Below are positions 29,092 through 41,900 of a stretch of DNA of 64,000 nucleotides, piece by piece. The stretch is from assembly GCA_020536535.1 (NCBI GenBank), contig JAHLWZ010000423.1, positions 187,840 to 251,839 on the forward strand, given 5' to 3'. The DNA comes from Pelomyxa schiedti. Its lineage: Eukaryota > Protista > Evosea. The position numbers and the translations under genes are program-made. A model generated the notes under the pieces. That model saw nothing but the letters and a program-made list of their open reading frames with translations. It had not been told where the DNA came from and made no database searches. Within the stretch, counting starts at the first letter, position 1, and each line of letters opens with the position of its first letter.

Positions 29092-31100
29092 ATGGACTTG
29101 ACAAACGACAACTACTACGAAAAGTTGTTTGAGGGCGAATCAACAACATGGCTTGTTGAAGAAACATCACTCGTGTGGGCCTTACACAGAACATTCGAAG
29201 GAAACCTATGCATCAAGCCCACAACTGGTTCTGTGCGTCCCCTTTGTTTTTTTCGACTCTGGCAAATGGTGTTTCGTTCTCGTGCGTTGTTGTGTTTGTA
29301 CTCCTGCGCTCCTTGAGTTAAATGTGATGAATTCGGCAGACATTGGTGCTCAATGCCAAGACTGGGCAGGCATGTTTAAAATTGTTTGTGCCAACAACAT
29401 TTGTTTCAGCTGAGCGCATGATTTCTCTTGCAAAGTGGAAAGCTGCTGAGGAGGTTGCAACGTTGATACGGGCACTGCCTAGTGAGGAGCGTCCCACATC
29501 TATTTTTACTGCACATAAATGCATTGTTGACCCCTTGTCTGTACACATGTTGGATTTCCCTGGTATGGGAATTCCTTCCTAAAGTGTGAAAAAAGCCCTT
29601 TTTATTTGACTTGAATATTTCAAGATATCTCTATTGCATACTCTCGGGCCTATTTCCCCTTCAGAGCGATCATGAAAATTACCAAAATTCATGAGGATGT
29701 AGTCCGCTCCTATGACCCTAGGCTTAATGTCTACAATGTATACGATGATTGGCTTAAGACTACCTCACCTCACTCTGCCTTCTTACGGCTTCTCTTGCTT
29801 TTGCGTTCAATTCTTGTAGATTATGACCAAGTCAAAGCAATACTTTGCAGCACGAATGCGGAAACCCTTCCAAATCACATTTGGCCAAGCATGAGCCAGT
29901 CTGCATGGATTGAAGTCGAAGCCCGACTGAAGGAGATTGTAATAAACAGGTGGCAGGCAAACAATCCTCAACAACTCTCACCAACAGAATCGCAGCTAGG
30001 AAGCATTATTTTGGGAACACTGGTATTCATTCTCCTTATTATACCCACCATCTCACTTAGTTAGCACCCACATCCTGAGATACAAACAAATGTTGACTGG
30101 AGAGCACGGGCAATCGAAGCAACAGAATTATCTTCAAATGCTAATAATATATCCCTCTCACAGTCAGAGGTGTCAGGGACTGTCACTTACGTAATTCCTG
30201 AAAACTTGATAAAGAAATTCGTAAGTCCGGACCACCCAATTCCATGCCTCACAATAATTAGATATGCATTGCCGATGTTCACAGTCAAGTTGGTGGCATT
30301 TTATACGGGTACTCACCAACTTCCTCTGTGAGAGAAGTACGTTGCATTGTGATTCCCCCTCAGGTTGAGCTCTTTTCCAAACTGTGCACTCTAATAGTAG
30401 AAACAGTGTGGCTGTTCCTCAACAGTATCATTTGCCCGGCTGCAGTCTCACAGCCTCCTACGCGAAATGGGGTTGCTTGGCTGGATACACACACAAACAA
30501 ATCACTCTACTCACGTATCACCACACACTCTAGTAAGCTACGCCAAACTGGCAGAAGAAAACGGATTCAACAATCTGAACATCATCACCAACATGCTCAC
30601 CATAACTTGCTCTATTGTTTCCGGTGGTTGCTTGCTTCTTGCACACTCACCAACTCTCCCTGGCGTTGAATGGGGACTTACACAAGCAAAATCTTGCAGT
30701 GCAACCTGTGGTCTACCCTGTGAAGAATTCAGCCCCTCGTTCTACACCGAGAAGAAACTTGTAGTAGAAAGCAGCTTCATGGGCTTTTGTGTGTCACTTG
30801 TTCTTCTTTACCCTGACTGATTTCGTTGTTTCAGACCTCGTTCCCGACCAGATTCCATGGAACTTCAACTTCATGCCAGATAAGTTCAACCTGGCCCTCG
30901 ACTACACCCTGACAAACCAAAACCCTAAGGATTTCTATCACGAAACCCACCGTCCCATGCACTTTTCCCAGTCGAATGGTGACGAGCCATCATCAACAAA
31001 CACAACATGCACTACAACCAGTGCATCCACTACGTTCTCAACAACATCTGGCAACGAGGAAGCCTCAGCAGAAGATCTGTCTGAAGACCTCTTCTCTTAG
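29092..31100 (+). CDS. Stand-alone PRP8 C-terminal paralog: RNase H-like (domain IV) + Jab1/MPN domains only
   Basis: HRTFEGNLCIKP; LNAKTGQ; LAKWKAAEEVATLIRALP.EERP; DPLSVHMLDFP; NVYDDWLKT; HIWPS; DWRARAI; TYVIPENLIKKF; REVRCIVIPPQ; NPKDFYHETHRP.HF; ends EDLFS. All are PRP8 C-terminal motifs. No PRP8 N-terminal, RT-like or endonuclease exons lie upstream, because POLD1 ends 98 bp before. Confidence 0.9.
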
Positions 31101-31167
31101 AAAATAAGCAAACAAAGAGAGAAATACTTTGTGTTTGGTACATTTTGTTCCTTCTGTCTTTGGCCAT

Positions 31168-33636
31168 TCAGAGGTAATCAACAGGGGATAGAGCCCTCAG
31201 ACCGGCTACACGTAGTTCCCTGACTCCATTGGCTGAGAACACTCTTGCACTTGTGAAAGTCTCCAGGCAAAAAACAACCACCATGGTGTGATCAGGAATC
31301 GGTGTAGTTCGTTCAGTGCAGCGAAAATCAATAACAACCCAGTCTGTGAAGGGAAAGGCCGAGTAGGCATCAGATATGAATCTCTTCCTATGCTCCCTCA
31401 TACCGGCATCTACTCGGAGATGTGCGAATATTACAGAATGAGCTTGTGATGGAGAGAAAGAAGGAAGAAGAAAGGAACCTGTTCCCTCGCGCAACACTTC
31501 AATCCCCCACCTCAGAGAAGTGGTATTGATAAGAAGGTCAATGTAGCCTGTTGCGGCAGCACCGCCACAGCCAACGTTGGTGCTGACACTAACATTGGTG
31601 GGCAGAAGGCAAGACAGTGTGCGATATAACTCCACCAGGTAGCAACTTTCCAATGGGTACCCATCCTCTTTTTTTTATTAATCATTAGTGGCTGGTTTTA
31701 GGATAATTTCTAATTTTTTCTTACTTGAAGACTTAGATTGTGTATCTGCAAGTACTTTTGGGTCAAATTCGGCAATGGCATGATGGACTAATTCCCTAAG
31801 GCTTGGAGGTGTCACACGTGGTTCCAAATGACGAACGAGCAATTTCTTTTTGTCTGTTTGAATTTTAGAGCAACATGCATGACAAGGATTCAGACATGCA
31901 TATATTCTGAATCAAAGGAGATGAGAAAGCGTAAGCTCCATCATGAATATAAACGACTCCAATTTTCACCATACGTCCCAGTACTGCGGGGTCTGCTGTG
32001 CGGGAAAAGGTGGATACAGGAGACGGGCTTATGACAAGTTCAGTTAATGTTGCTAGAAGGGAGTCTTTCTGGACAGAGCTCAGAGAAACGCCATCAAGAA
32101 TGATCGGAATAGAACGAGAGGACTGGTAATGATTGTGCATTGAAACTGCACTGTTCTGAGTGATACTCTTGAATGCAATTGTCAACCTGAGTATACATAG
32201 TTCATCACCTTCTCGTCAGATACTTTGTCTTGAAATTCGTGGAAGAGGCGGAAGACAATTAAAGTGGAAAGACCAACATGGAGACCTGTAAATTGAGCAA
32301 TGCACCGAATGACAGGGTCAGTTAACTGGAAGAGTCCTGCATTCCCAGTGTTCATAGCATGACAATATTCAATAAATTCCTCCTGTAGAGAGGAGGTAGG
32401 TGGACGTTGGTGAGAAAGAGGCCATGTAGAGATAAGGAGATAACCTCACGAAAGGAGAGAAACTCCGCACTTTTCTCACATCCCATAAAGTCGACAGGAG
32501 TGGAGCCCTTTGGGGCGTTCACTTTCCCATAGGATGCAAGCAAGATAATTCTATTTCTAGTTGCACTTCCTTTTGCAGCTTTAACAGTACACCAGAATGA
32601 GCTCTCCGGCTCATTGTACGCTTTCTGGGCCTATGGATTCTGAGGAAGGTTGTGATTGAGGGGAGAAGTTACTTCGTCTATAATTAACGCAAATGGTTCT
32701 TGGATATTGAAGAACTTTCCAATTGGCATGTTGGAATTGGACAGGAATTTATCAAGGGGTGTATCCGCTTTCCCAGCCAATGAAATGACAGACACCTGTG
32801 TATGGAAGGGAAATTTAAGGTGCTCACAACTCAGTCAGATGAGTCAGAGGCATGCCTTCCAGCCTTTATTATGGAGATAGGCTTCAAAAACGTCTCCCAG
32901 ACTCGTTTTGCCCGAATACGGTGGTGCGCGAACCAAAACTACAGGCCTGTGCTCCATGAAACTGTACAACTCTTGGCAAGTACTCTCACGGAATGTGAGG
33001 GGTGAAGCCGCGCCCAACCCGTCTGTCTGGAAAGTGATTGTGCACTTTTCAGTTGTTTTCGCTCTTGTCTTGATATCTTTCCTGGGAGAAATTGGAGCTG
33101 TAATGGAGACCAATGTTAGGTTTACAAGAGGTAACGGGATAGAAACCAGGTATAGAGCACTTCTCTGAAAGGCCAAGAGCTCTCAGTGCTCCTTGAACGC
33201 TGCCTACAAGTTCCAATTTTGAGATAACTTGTTCAGGATCCATTCCTGCTAAAAGAGCATCCACAGACTGAAAGGTTTCTTCCGAGAGAGTTTTCATCAT
33301 GTCCAGTACGGTCTTTTTTAACCTATTGCTCTTCTCCATGGTCTCCCTAACTCTAAGCAGCTCTTCTTTAAGTTGCAGGGCCGTCTCCACTACACCACCT
33401 GCCAAACTGGGGTCCTTCTGGGCCCTCTGCGCTGCCGCAAAAGCACGATTGAGAAGAGTCATCAAGATTAGAGACTCGGTGGTGATCAACGGTAGCATCC
33501 TCATAATGTCCAGATCGTGGGGCGGTTCCACAAATTCAAGCACGGCGCCGAGTTTCTCGCGAATTGGCACATTGGGCATGTACTGCTCGTTTGGGCGGTG
33601 CGATTGTAAGGGTACGCTACTAGCTGCTGTCGGCAT
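31168..33636 (-). CDS. Crinkler (CRN)-type effector-like protein: helical/SAM-like header + P-loop NTPase + PD-(D/E)xK REase-fold domain
   Basis: LTFRESTCQELYSFM..VVLVRAPPYSGKTSL (Walker A). The C-terminal ESCYLVELYRTL...GYIDLLI...WGIEVLREG...EHRKRF...Y....DWVVIDFR is typical of CR-REase domains. Confidence 0.72.
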
Positions 33637-33997
33637 TGTCTGTGACCCGGATCTATTGGTTTACAATTGGATCAAAAAAGTGTGATCAAAAAAACTTCCT
33701 CCGAAATTGTGTTTTATGTGCTTGGTTACAAAAGAAGTTCTGTGGGCTTTCATTCTGTGGCAAACTGGAGAAATTGAGCAAGAAGGGGGTGACAGGGTGA
33801 TGGTGTGTTTTGTTTCTTGACCTTTATTAATTATAAACCGATTTGTTACTTAATACTTGTTGTGTGTTCTTAGTTTAGTAGTAATAATGGAAAAAAGAGG
33901 AAGGTAACGAAGTTATTTTAAGATGCTAGTTATAAGGTGACATGGGTGTTGAGATTTCTGCCTGTATTTATGCATGTATTCAATATGGCCTCCCACC

Positions 33998-35716
33998 TTA
34001 GACATCCAGTACAGAGAGAACACAAAACAAACGAAAATAAAATATTGAGTTGTTGGTGGATGTAGTTAGAATAAGTTGGGTAATGTGATAACATAAGGCG
34101 TCGCTTGTTATATGTACTGGAGAAATGAGGGACGGCATACCAGGATGAGGAGGGAGCACTCGTCCATGACGTAATACACCATTTACATCATATCTTGGAG
34201 GCTGTGCAATGGATGGCCGCAGTACGGCAGCTGCAGCTGCTGCCCGCAGATACGGCGGTACACCTGCTCCCTGGGGCATTACATTTGCAGGAGTTGAGAG
34301 CAACGATTGAGGCTGTGGTGGTGGTGGGATGGGAATGAAAGGCTTTGACCCAAGTGGAGCGGGAGGGAGTTTTGCCCTGGCGGCAGACACTGCCGCTAAC
34401 GCAGGTGTGGGTGGTATAAATGGAAGGTTTCCTTGTGGGTGAGGGAGAAGTCGTGGGAAAGGAATTTGAGGGGACCCTAAAGGACTAGGAGGTGGAATTG
34501 ATGGAATAAGCGGTGCTCCACGGCCTGGGGAAGGGGTAAGTGTGGGCAGGGAAAGAGTGGCAGTTGGCAGAGGCCCTCGCCCTGAGAGTGGAAATTTGCA
34601 CTGCATTTGAAATGAACTGTTGTTGACAAGTCCTGGTGCATTACCCAGGAGAGGCAACAATGACCATGATGGCATGGATCCGGCTTGTAGTAACTGTGCT
34701 GATGGCGATGTGAATGGTCTTATATGGTTGATTGGCCCAGGGAGAAGGGAAGAGGAGTTGGAGAGAAGTTGGAGTGTGTTGAGAGCCCCAGGTGGAGGGG
34801 GTAAAAACCTGGATGGTGGAGGGACTGGAATTGGAATGAGTGGTCTTTTTAGAGTGGAAGGAATAAGGGGTGGTTGCTGTGGAGATGGAATAAGTGGTGG
34901 GCTAGGGACCAATGAACCGCTTTTCAACTTTGAATTCAGTAGGGCACTTGGTTTTAGGGGAATTGCTGGCTTTGATGAAGATACGAGTTGAAGTGGCTGC
35001 TGGCAAATTGGCAATGATTGAAGTGGGTTGAGCTTGGCAATTGGGAGAATTCTATTCGGTTCGTCTAGAATCCCTATCAAACAGTGAATGGGTGGTAGAG
35101 TGCAACTTAAAGTAAAGGTACACAGACCTAATTGAGGTTGTCTGAGAAGTAACGGTGATTGGGGCACCTGACTGTGGTCCTGGTACACCTGTTGCAGAAG
35201 AGGAGGGGCACAAAGAGGTACCATAGGCGAAACAGAGCCTTGCATGCGCTGCTGCCGCTGCCGCTGTTGTTGCAGAACATATTGCAATTCGCTTTGGTTA
35301 TGCAACAACAGCTGCTGCCTATCCAACTCAGCGGCGGCGCTCAAATAGTCCTCCCACTGCTGCCACTGCGCCGCGTACTCCGATTCCCTCTGCTGCTGTT
35401 GCAATGCCGCGTTCGCCGCCACAACTGCTGCCGCCGCCGCCGCTGCTTCCGAGGTTTGAATTTGCATTTGCATTTGCATTTGCTGTTGTCGCTGGTGCGG
35501 TGGTTGAGCGGCGGTCAAGATCTCGTCACGACGCTGCAGTAATGCCGCGGATTGTTTGTTTTGGTGGTGTTGCTGCTGCAGCTGTTCTAAGATCTCAGCG
35601 GGAATGTAGCTCGAGTGCTGGGCATCTACGTCGAGAAGTTGTTGGTAGTATGCGAGTATGGCTTCGTCGTATGTTTGTGCTTGTTGCTGTTGCTGGTACT
35701 CGTATGACCCCAGCAT
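33998..35716 (-). CDS. Gln-rich/Pro-rich low-complexity hypothetical protein
   Basis: 572-aa ORF with poly-Q/poly-A N-terminal half and Pro-rich C-terminal half, probably containing in-frame introns. No recognisable domain. Confidence 0.5.
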   Translation of the reverse strand: MLGSYEYQQQQQAQTYDEAILAYYQQLLDVDAQHSSYIPAEILEQLQQQHHQNKQSAALLQRRDEILTAAQPPHQRQQQMQMQMQIQTSEAAAAAAAVVAANAALQQQQRESEYAAQWQQWEDYLSAAAELDRQQLLLHNQSELQYVLQQQRQRQQRMQGSVSPMVPLCAPPLLQQVYQDHSQVPQSPLLLRQPQLGLCTFTLSCTLPPIHCLIGILDEPNRILPIAKLNPLQSLPICQQPLQLVSSSKPAIPLKPSALLNSKLKSGSLVPSPPLIPSPQQPPLIPSTLKRPLIPIPVPPPSRFLPPPPGALNTLQLLSNSSSLLPGPINHIRPFTSPSAQLLQAGSMPSWSLLPLLGNAPGLVNNSSFQMQCKFPLSGRGPLPTATLSLPTLTPSPGRGAPLIPSIPPPSPLGSPQIPFPRLLPHPQGNLPFIPPTPALAAVSAARAKLPPAPLGSKPFIPIPPPPQPQSLLSTPANVMPQGAGVPPYLRAAAAAAVLRPSIAQPPRYDVNGVLRHGRVLPPHPGMPSLISPVHITSDALCYHITQLILTTSTNNSIFYFRLFCVLSVLDV

Positions 35717-35951
35717 CGACTTTGGTTATTTTATTTGTTCTTTTGGGTTGGAGAACAGGAACTGGGTGTTTGTGGCGTCTTCAGTGTTGGACTGCATCGG
35801 AGGACAAAGAAAGGGGGCACAGTCTAGAAGGCATTGACTGAGGGTCCTTCCCAGAGTTGGTACAGATTCGTATCTATTAGTGTTTGTTTCTCGTCTTTTT
35901 TTTTTTTTCCCTTCGTCATTCCGGGTGTTGACCTCACTACAACAAAGGACG

Positions 35952-38900
35952 ATGCAGGAGCCGAGGCAGGGTACCGGTGACAGTGGTGCAACGACGACCA
36001 TACCGCAAGATCCAAGCAAGACGACGGCGGTGGGTGGTACTACGACCGGCCAAGCCAATGATCTGGCCGTGTCGTCATCGCCTCCTTCTTCTTCGCCGTC
36101 TTCTACAACGGCTAGTTCTTCCTCTGTTTTCTCTGTTGGTGGCGGCGGCGTTGTTTCGGCGGCGACCTCGTCTTCATCTTTGTCGGCGTCGGGAGACCGG
36201 CGAGAGGGTGGAGCCACTACGAGCGTAGCTCAGACGGTGTCGGTGGTGCCCGTTGAACAATCGCCTGCGGCTGTAGAACAACCGGCTCAACTAATGGAAG
36301 AGGATGCGGTTGTGGTGTCACACTGGGGTTTTTATCCCTCCCCCTCTTCGATGTGTCTTGTCTTTCGGCCTTCTTTCCACTGCTCGCCCTCCCCTTCCTG
36401 CTACCTTTTGTCCCTTTTGCTATTTGGCTTCTGATTCGTCCCATTCAGAGCAAAAATTTAATGAAATGGAGTCAAGGGTTGTTACAGCAGAGGGGGAAAG
36501 AGATGACGCACTTGCACAGCTAGTCGTAGCACGGACTGAGTCTCAACAACACAGTTTGCCCATTTTGTTATATTTTGTTTTGTTTTACTATGTAAAGGTT
36601 CCATGCTTTTGGCGTGCCAAAAAGCTTTGGAAGCACAGAAACAAGAAACTGAAAAATTGGCACACTCACTTAATTTGATCACCAAGGTAATTCTTCCCAA
36701 GTAAACACCAACACAAAAAGAACTTAATACCACAACAGGAAAAAGAATCCCAAAACCAAGAACTGAAACTGCTCACCCACACTATCTCTAGGAAAGACAG
36801 TCAGCTTGAAAGCAATCGAGGTCCACTCAAAGGAATAAAATAATTAAACATTAACTCTGGGGAAAAAAAAGAGGAATTGAAGCTTGCAGACGAACGCATT
36901 GCAGCTCTCACAAGCACAAAAACACAGCTTGAGTCCAAATACATGCAACTGGAATCCTCAAGCTCAACCTTGAAGGTTCAGCTACTGTTGTTTTATACTT
37001 ACTGTGTAACACTAAGTAGCTTAAATTGGATCATCTTGAAAACGAGGCGAAGATATTAACACAAGAAATTGAGGCCTCTCAAAAACAGATGGAGTCCAAA
37101 TCCCAGGAACTACTTGAAGAAAAAAAATTACGGGTGAGTCATCTCCACTTGTACAATAGTTTAACTCTTACTACAGGCAGGTCAAGTAGCGCAACTGGAA
37201 GCAAAACTTAGACATCTCGTGGAGCAAAAAGAATTCATTGAAAGTGAACTCAAAGCGACTAAGGTATCCATTCGCTTTTGCAGGCCTCCAGTAATTCTTT
37301 CCAAACAGAATCACTCACAAAAGCTGCAAGCCTCAACAGACAAATATGAAGCACAGATTCTACAACTGAATAATGACATGGAAGCATTGAAACGACAATA
37401 TGATGGGGAATTGATTGCTTCAAACAAGAAATATGATATAGTGAAGGTTCCTTTGTTACCTACGAGGCCTTTCTTGTTGATTACTGCAAATAGGAACAAA
37501 GAGACACATGCCTCCAAAAAATTTCACACCTTAATGAACAAATCAGTGCATTAACATCACTTCTGGAGCAAGCACGTAACGAACACAATGCTGCTGTTTC
37601 CAAGGTGGAACTTTCAACACTCCTAGATTTACTTTTTACTTTGGCATTAGGCTGAAGAAGCTCTGGAGAAGTTGCACAAAGAAAACGAATCTCTGAAGAA
37701 AAAGATAGAAACCCCAAAAGATGTGCTTGATCCAATTGAATTTTCTGTTAATTGGCAAGAGGTTTTGTTTCTCCCCCCATACCCCATACTGGACTCTAAT
37801 ACCAACACAGATGTCCGGAGCCTCAATTGACGATTGGCGTGTCTTCTCTATGAATCTGGTAAGTGCAATCCAAAAATGTTTTCTCTAATTTTTTATTATC
37901 AGCAATCAAAGTACGAGGAATCTGTAAGGCTGTTTCATCGGGAAAAACAACTCCGTAACAATGCCGAAATATGTCTTAACTTTTTCTGCAAAGTACCCCC
38001 ACGTTACTTGAACTTTATCCAATTTCTCCAAAGGAACTTGAAACCAATGCACCTTCTTTGTCAGACAAATTATTGGAAAATAAGGAACTCAAGGAAAAAG
38101 TCTCAGACCTCACTGAAGCCCAGGCCCTCTCTGTGTCCAACTTAAGTGACCTGCAACAACAACTTTCCAGGAAGGAATTAGATTTTGTGGCATTAAAATC
38201 AGGTGTGTTCCATACAACCGTCCTCCCTAACAAAGAATTGCAGTAAACAGAGATCTGAGTGACCAAATTGCACACCTCCTAGAAACATGCACCGAGAAGG
38301 TAAATTCTATGAGTACAACAAACACGAGCAGCCAAATCAGCTTCAGTGATATCCAGGTAAGCAATAGTTTACTTGATGACCTTATACCCAATTTCCAGAG
38401 TCTCCAAGAGAAAAATCAACAATTACTATTGACTGTCCACAGACTTACACAAGAGAAGGAAACTATTCTTCAGAAACTCCCTACAGACAAGCAAACTGTC
38501 AGAACTTTAGCTTCTAGTATTTTTGTTAAATATCTTTCAGGACAGCGTGAAGGAGCTAGCTAAAATGCGCGAAGAAATGGAGAAGGCACTTCAGAGGGAA
38601 GACACTCTTAGAAAGCAATGCCAAATATTTAAAGATCTCTACGAGACTCTACTTTTGGAACACAAAAAATGCTCTTTGGTATAGCCTGAGCTTATCTTCC
38701 TTATTACCTATTTTTCTGTAGGTCATGCCATCTGAACCATGTATCCAACAGTCTGTATATGATACACTCAAGAAAGACTTTGATGAATACAGGGACCATT
38801 CAACAACTACACTCCAACAAATGAAAAAGGAGTGTGAGGATTTACAGCAACTTCTCAATTCCGCCAACCTGGACCTGACCAAAGTGCACACACAAGTGGA

Positions 38901-41900
38901 CTTGTATAGTGGTAATTCTTTTACTGCTCAAATACCTGTACCTCATTTCTTTTAGTCAGGAACGCACATTTGAAGGATGAGAACGACAAAATGAAATCTG
39001 AAGTAGAAGAACTCAGAGCACAAAACACAAAGCTCACAGAATCATTGGAAGCCCTTTCCAAGAAGTAACTGGATTAATCAATACATTACTAAATCCACAT
39101 AGGAGTCATGAGCGTGAAGCTGAGTCTGTGTATATTCGACAAGAAGTTAAGTCTCTTAAAGTAATCAACACAAGCTTACTACGGGAAAAAGCTGACTTGA
39201 AAGTACTCCCGTACTGATCACCTTTTCTTCTACTCATTCACAATCAGGAGAGCTGTCAACAGTGGCAGACGGAGTCGGAACAGTTGAGATCAGAGATATC
39301 TCGGCTCTCGGCTTCTTTTTCTTCACTCACGTCATCTCGTGCAGCTGCAGATGCTGTTGCTATTGCAGAGCGTAAACGCTTAGAGAATGATTTAGAGAAG
39401 GCCAATAAAAAAATGTGAGCACTTCAGCCCTTCCTGAGCACTAATTCTTTATTAGCATAGAGTACCAGAGGCATCTAGAGGAATCACGCAGCACCACAGA
39501 AGCCACACTTGGTACTCTTACAAGGCAGTTGCAAGAAAAAACAAGCTCATTGGCCGCAACTCAATCTGAATTGGAAATGAAGGAAGAACAACTTAAGAAA
39601 ATGCTGGATAGCCAAAAAACATTTGAAGCGCGTTTCCAATCAGTTCAACAGGAACTTGAAGCCTGCAAAAAGACCACTCCTCACGATCCCCTGCAACTTG
39701 CCCTTCTTAAAAATGAAATTGCGAACTGGAAAGATTTTGCAGAACGGGTCACTTCCCCCTTAATAATTGTCTCACTTAACCTCAAATAGGAGAAGGCTAT
39801 CTCCAAAAGCAATAAAGATATGGCAGAATCAGCAGAGAAAAGGAGAGCGGAAGTTGCACAACTCCTTCAGAAGCAACAAGTCGACAGCAACTTACAACTT
39901 ACAACATACCAATCCAAGATAGCTGAAGTATTATTTCTCAATCTCATGTGGTACTTATAAATAAAAGCTGGAAGAGCGTAGTAAAAAAAGGGAGGAAGAG
40001 ACCCAGTCATACATAGAGGAAAAAAAAGCTCTTCAGAGCAGGGTTGACGTATGTGCGCCTACACACCACGCTTTTGATTTATCGCAGTTAGGCACTCCAA
40101 TCAAATGTACATAGCCTTGAATCAGAAATAAAACAGTTTCAAAGTCAGCTAGCTAACAAATCAGAAGCAGAGAAATTATTACAAGGTACACCTTCTGCTG
40201 TGTTTTCGGGCTAACATTCATCCAGTACAATTACATGATATGGAGTTAGCCAAGAATAAGCTGCAGATATCATATGAAGACGAAGTTAAAGCACGGGGAA
40301 GAGATCTTGAGAACATATCTAAGATACGTGCTGATCTGGCACATTTCACTGTATCTCTTTTTGGGTAGTAAAAAGAAGTAACGCACATTGCAGAGCTTGT
40401 ATGAGTCTCTACACACACAGGCCGACACATGGAGAGAACAAGAACTAGATTACCAAAAGAGGATCGATACCCTTACATCGATGTACTCACAATTACTTCC
40501 CTCAGTTTCCTCTCGGAGATTAAGCTTTTTTTCAGAACAGAGACTCCAGCGTATCACAAAGACACAGTTCAAATGGATCAGATAACAAAAGACTTTAGCA
40601 TGAAAGGCGTACCCTCTTCCATTGTACGACATTGATGTGACGATTTTAGCTTATCACATGTTAGGCTGGGGTGATGACACCTCGTACCAATGAAGAATTA
40701 CAAGCAGTGGTATGCACGAGATTCGCCTTATTCAATCTAATGACCATTACCTTCAGGTTGAATGGCTACGAAAAGAAAAATGTCTTTCTGATTGCCAAAA
40801 AGAAGAACTGGAACAAAGAAACAAAAGGTATTATTCTTTGAGGCAAGTAATGACATTTCCCCTCCAACCAAACCTACAGGCTCCAATCTGATATTTCAAT
40901 CCATCTCAGTGAAGTATCCAAGCTAAAAGAAACTACTCGTCAATTGGAATCTAAATTAAAGGTATTGTTTAGCTTTCCTACAGTAGTTAAGCTGAGTTCT
41001 TTACTCGTTTTCCCAGCTTTTCCCTTCTGTCGAGGAATTTCAGGAAATGAAAAACTCTTTACAACAAGTAGAACTATTCAAGGAGAGTAATGTCACACTG
41101 AGAAAGGGCAAACAGTCCTTAGAGGAAGAAATCATCCTACTGAAAAGTATTCATTTTTCTTGTAATTCTGTTTTCTGAGATTCACTAGACGAGATCGCTG
41201 CCCTCAAGTGTGAAAAAGATTCATTCGATAAGCTTTCCCTGAACTTTGAAGCGCAAGTGCGGGATTGGAAGACCCGTTGCCATGCATATATTGTATGCAG
41301 ACTCCTGCACTATTGCACTAAAAAAAAACAGGACAAAATGAAACCCATTGAAGAAAACAACGCCTCTCTTTTAGAAGAGATAGCTAAATTAAAAGAACAG
41401 TGCAGTCAGAGTCGCGACCGAATATCGACCTTGGAAGTGGAAAGTTCTGCTTCAAAATCGGTATTGAAAAAGTATAGGTTTCCACGGTTTCTTAGCCGAT
41501 CTTTATAGCAACTTCTGCAAGCGCAAGAAAAACTACGGCAGCAAAGTGAAGCACGGGCTCGTCCTACAAGTCTTGTCCGCCCAAGGCCTACCCCGGGTAT
41601 GATAGCCACAAGGAATTATTACAGAGTAACACTTCCCCAGATATGAAGTCCCTAGAAAATGAGAAGGCTACCTTGGCGAGTGAAAGAGCTGCCTTTGCAA
41701 AGGAAAAAGCTGAGATGGAGCGCACAAACAATAAGATCGTACAGGTAAACTAACATTTAATACTGTACGTCCCGTTTCCCTCACATACACAAAGGATGCC
41801 GGTCAGGCACTGCTTAGCCACAAAGCCAGGTGGAACAAACTACAGAGTCTTGTACACGATATTGCCAATGCAATACACGTAATTTCTTCCTAAATTTGAT

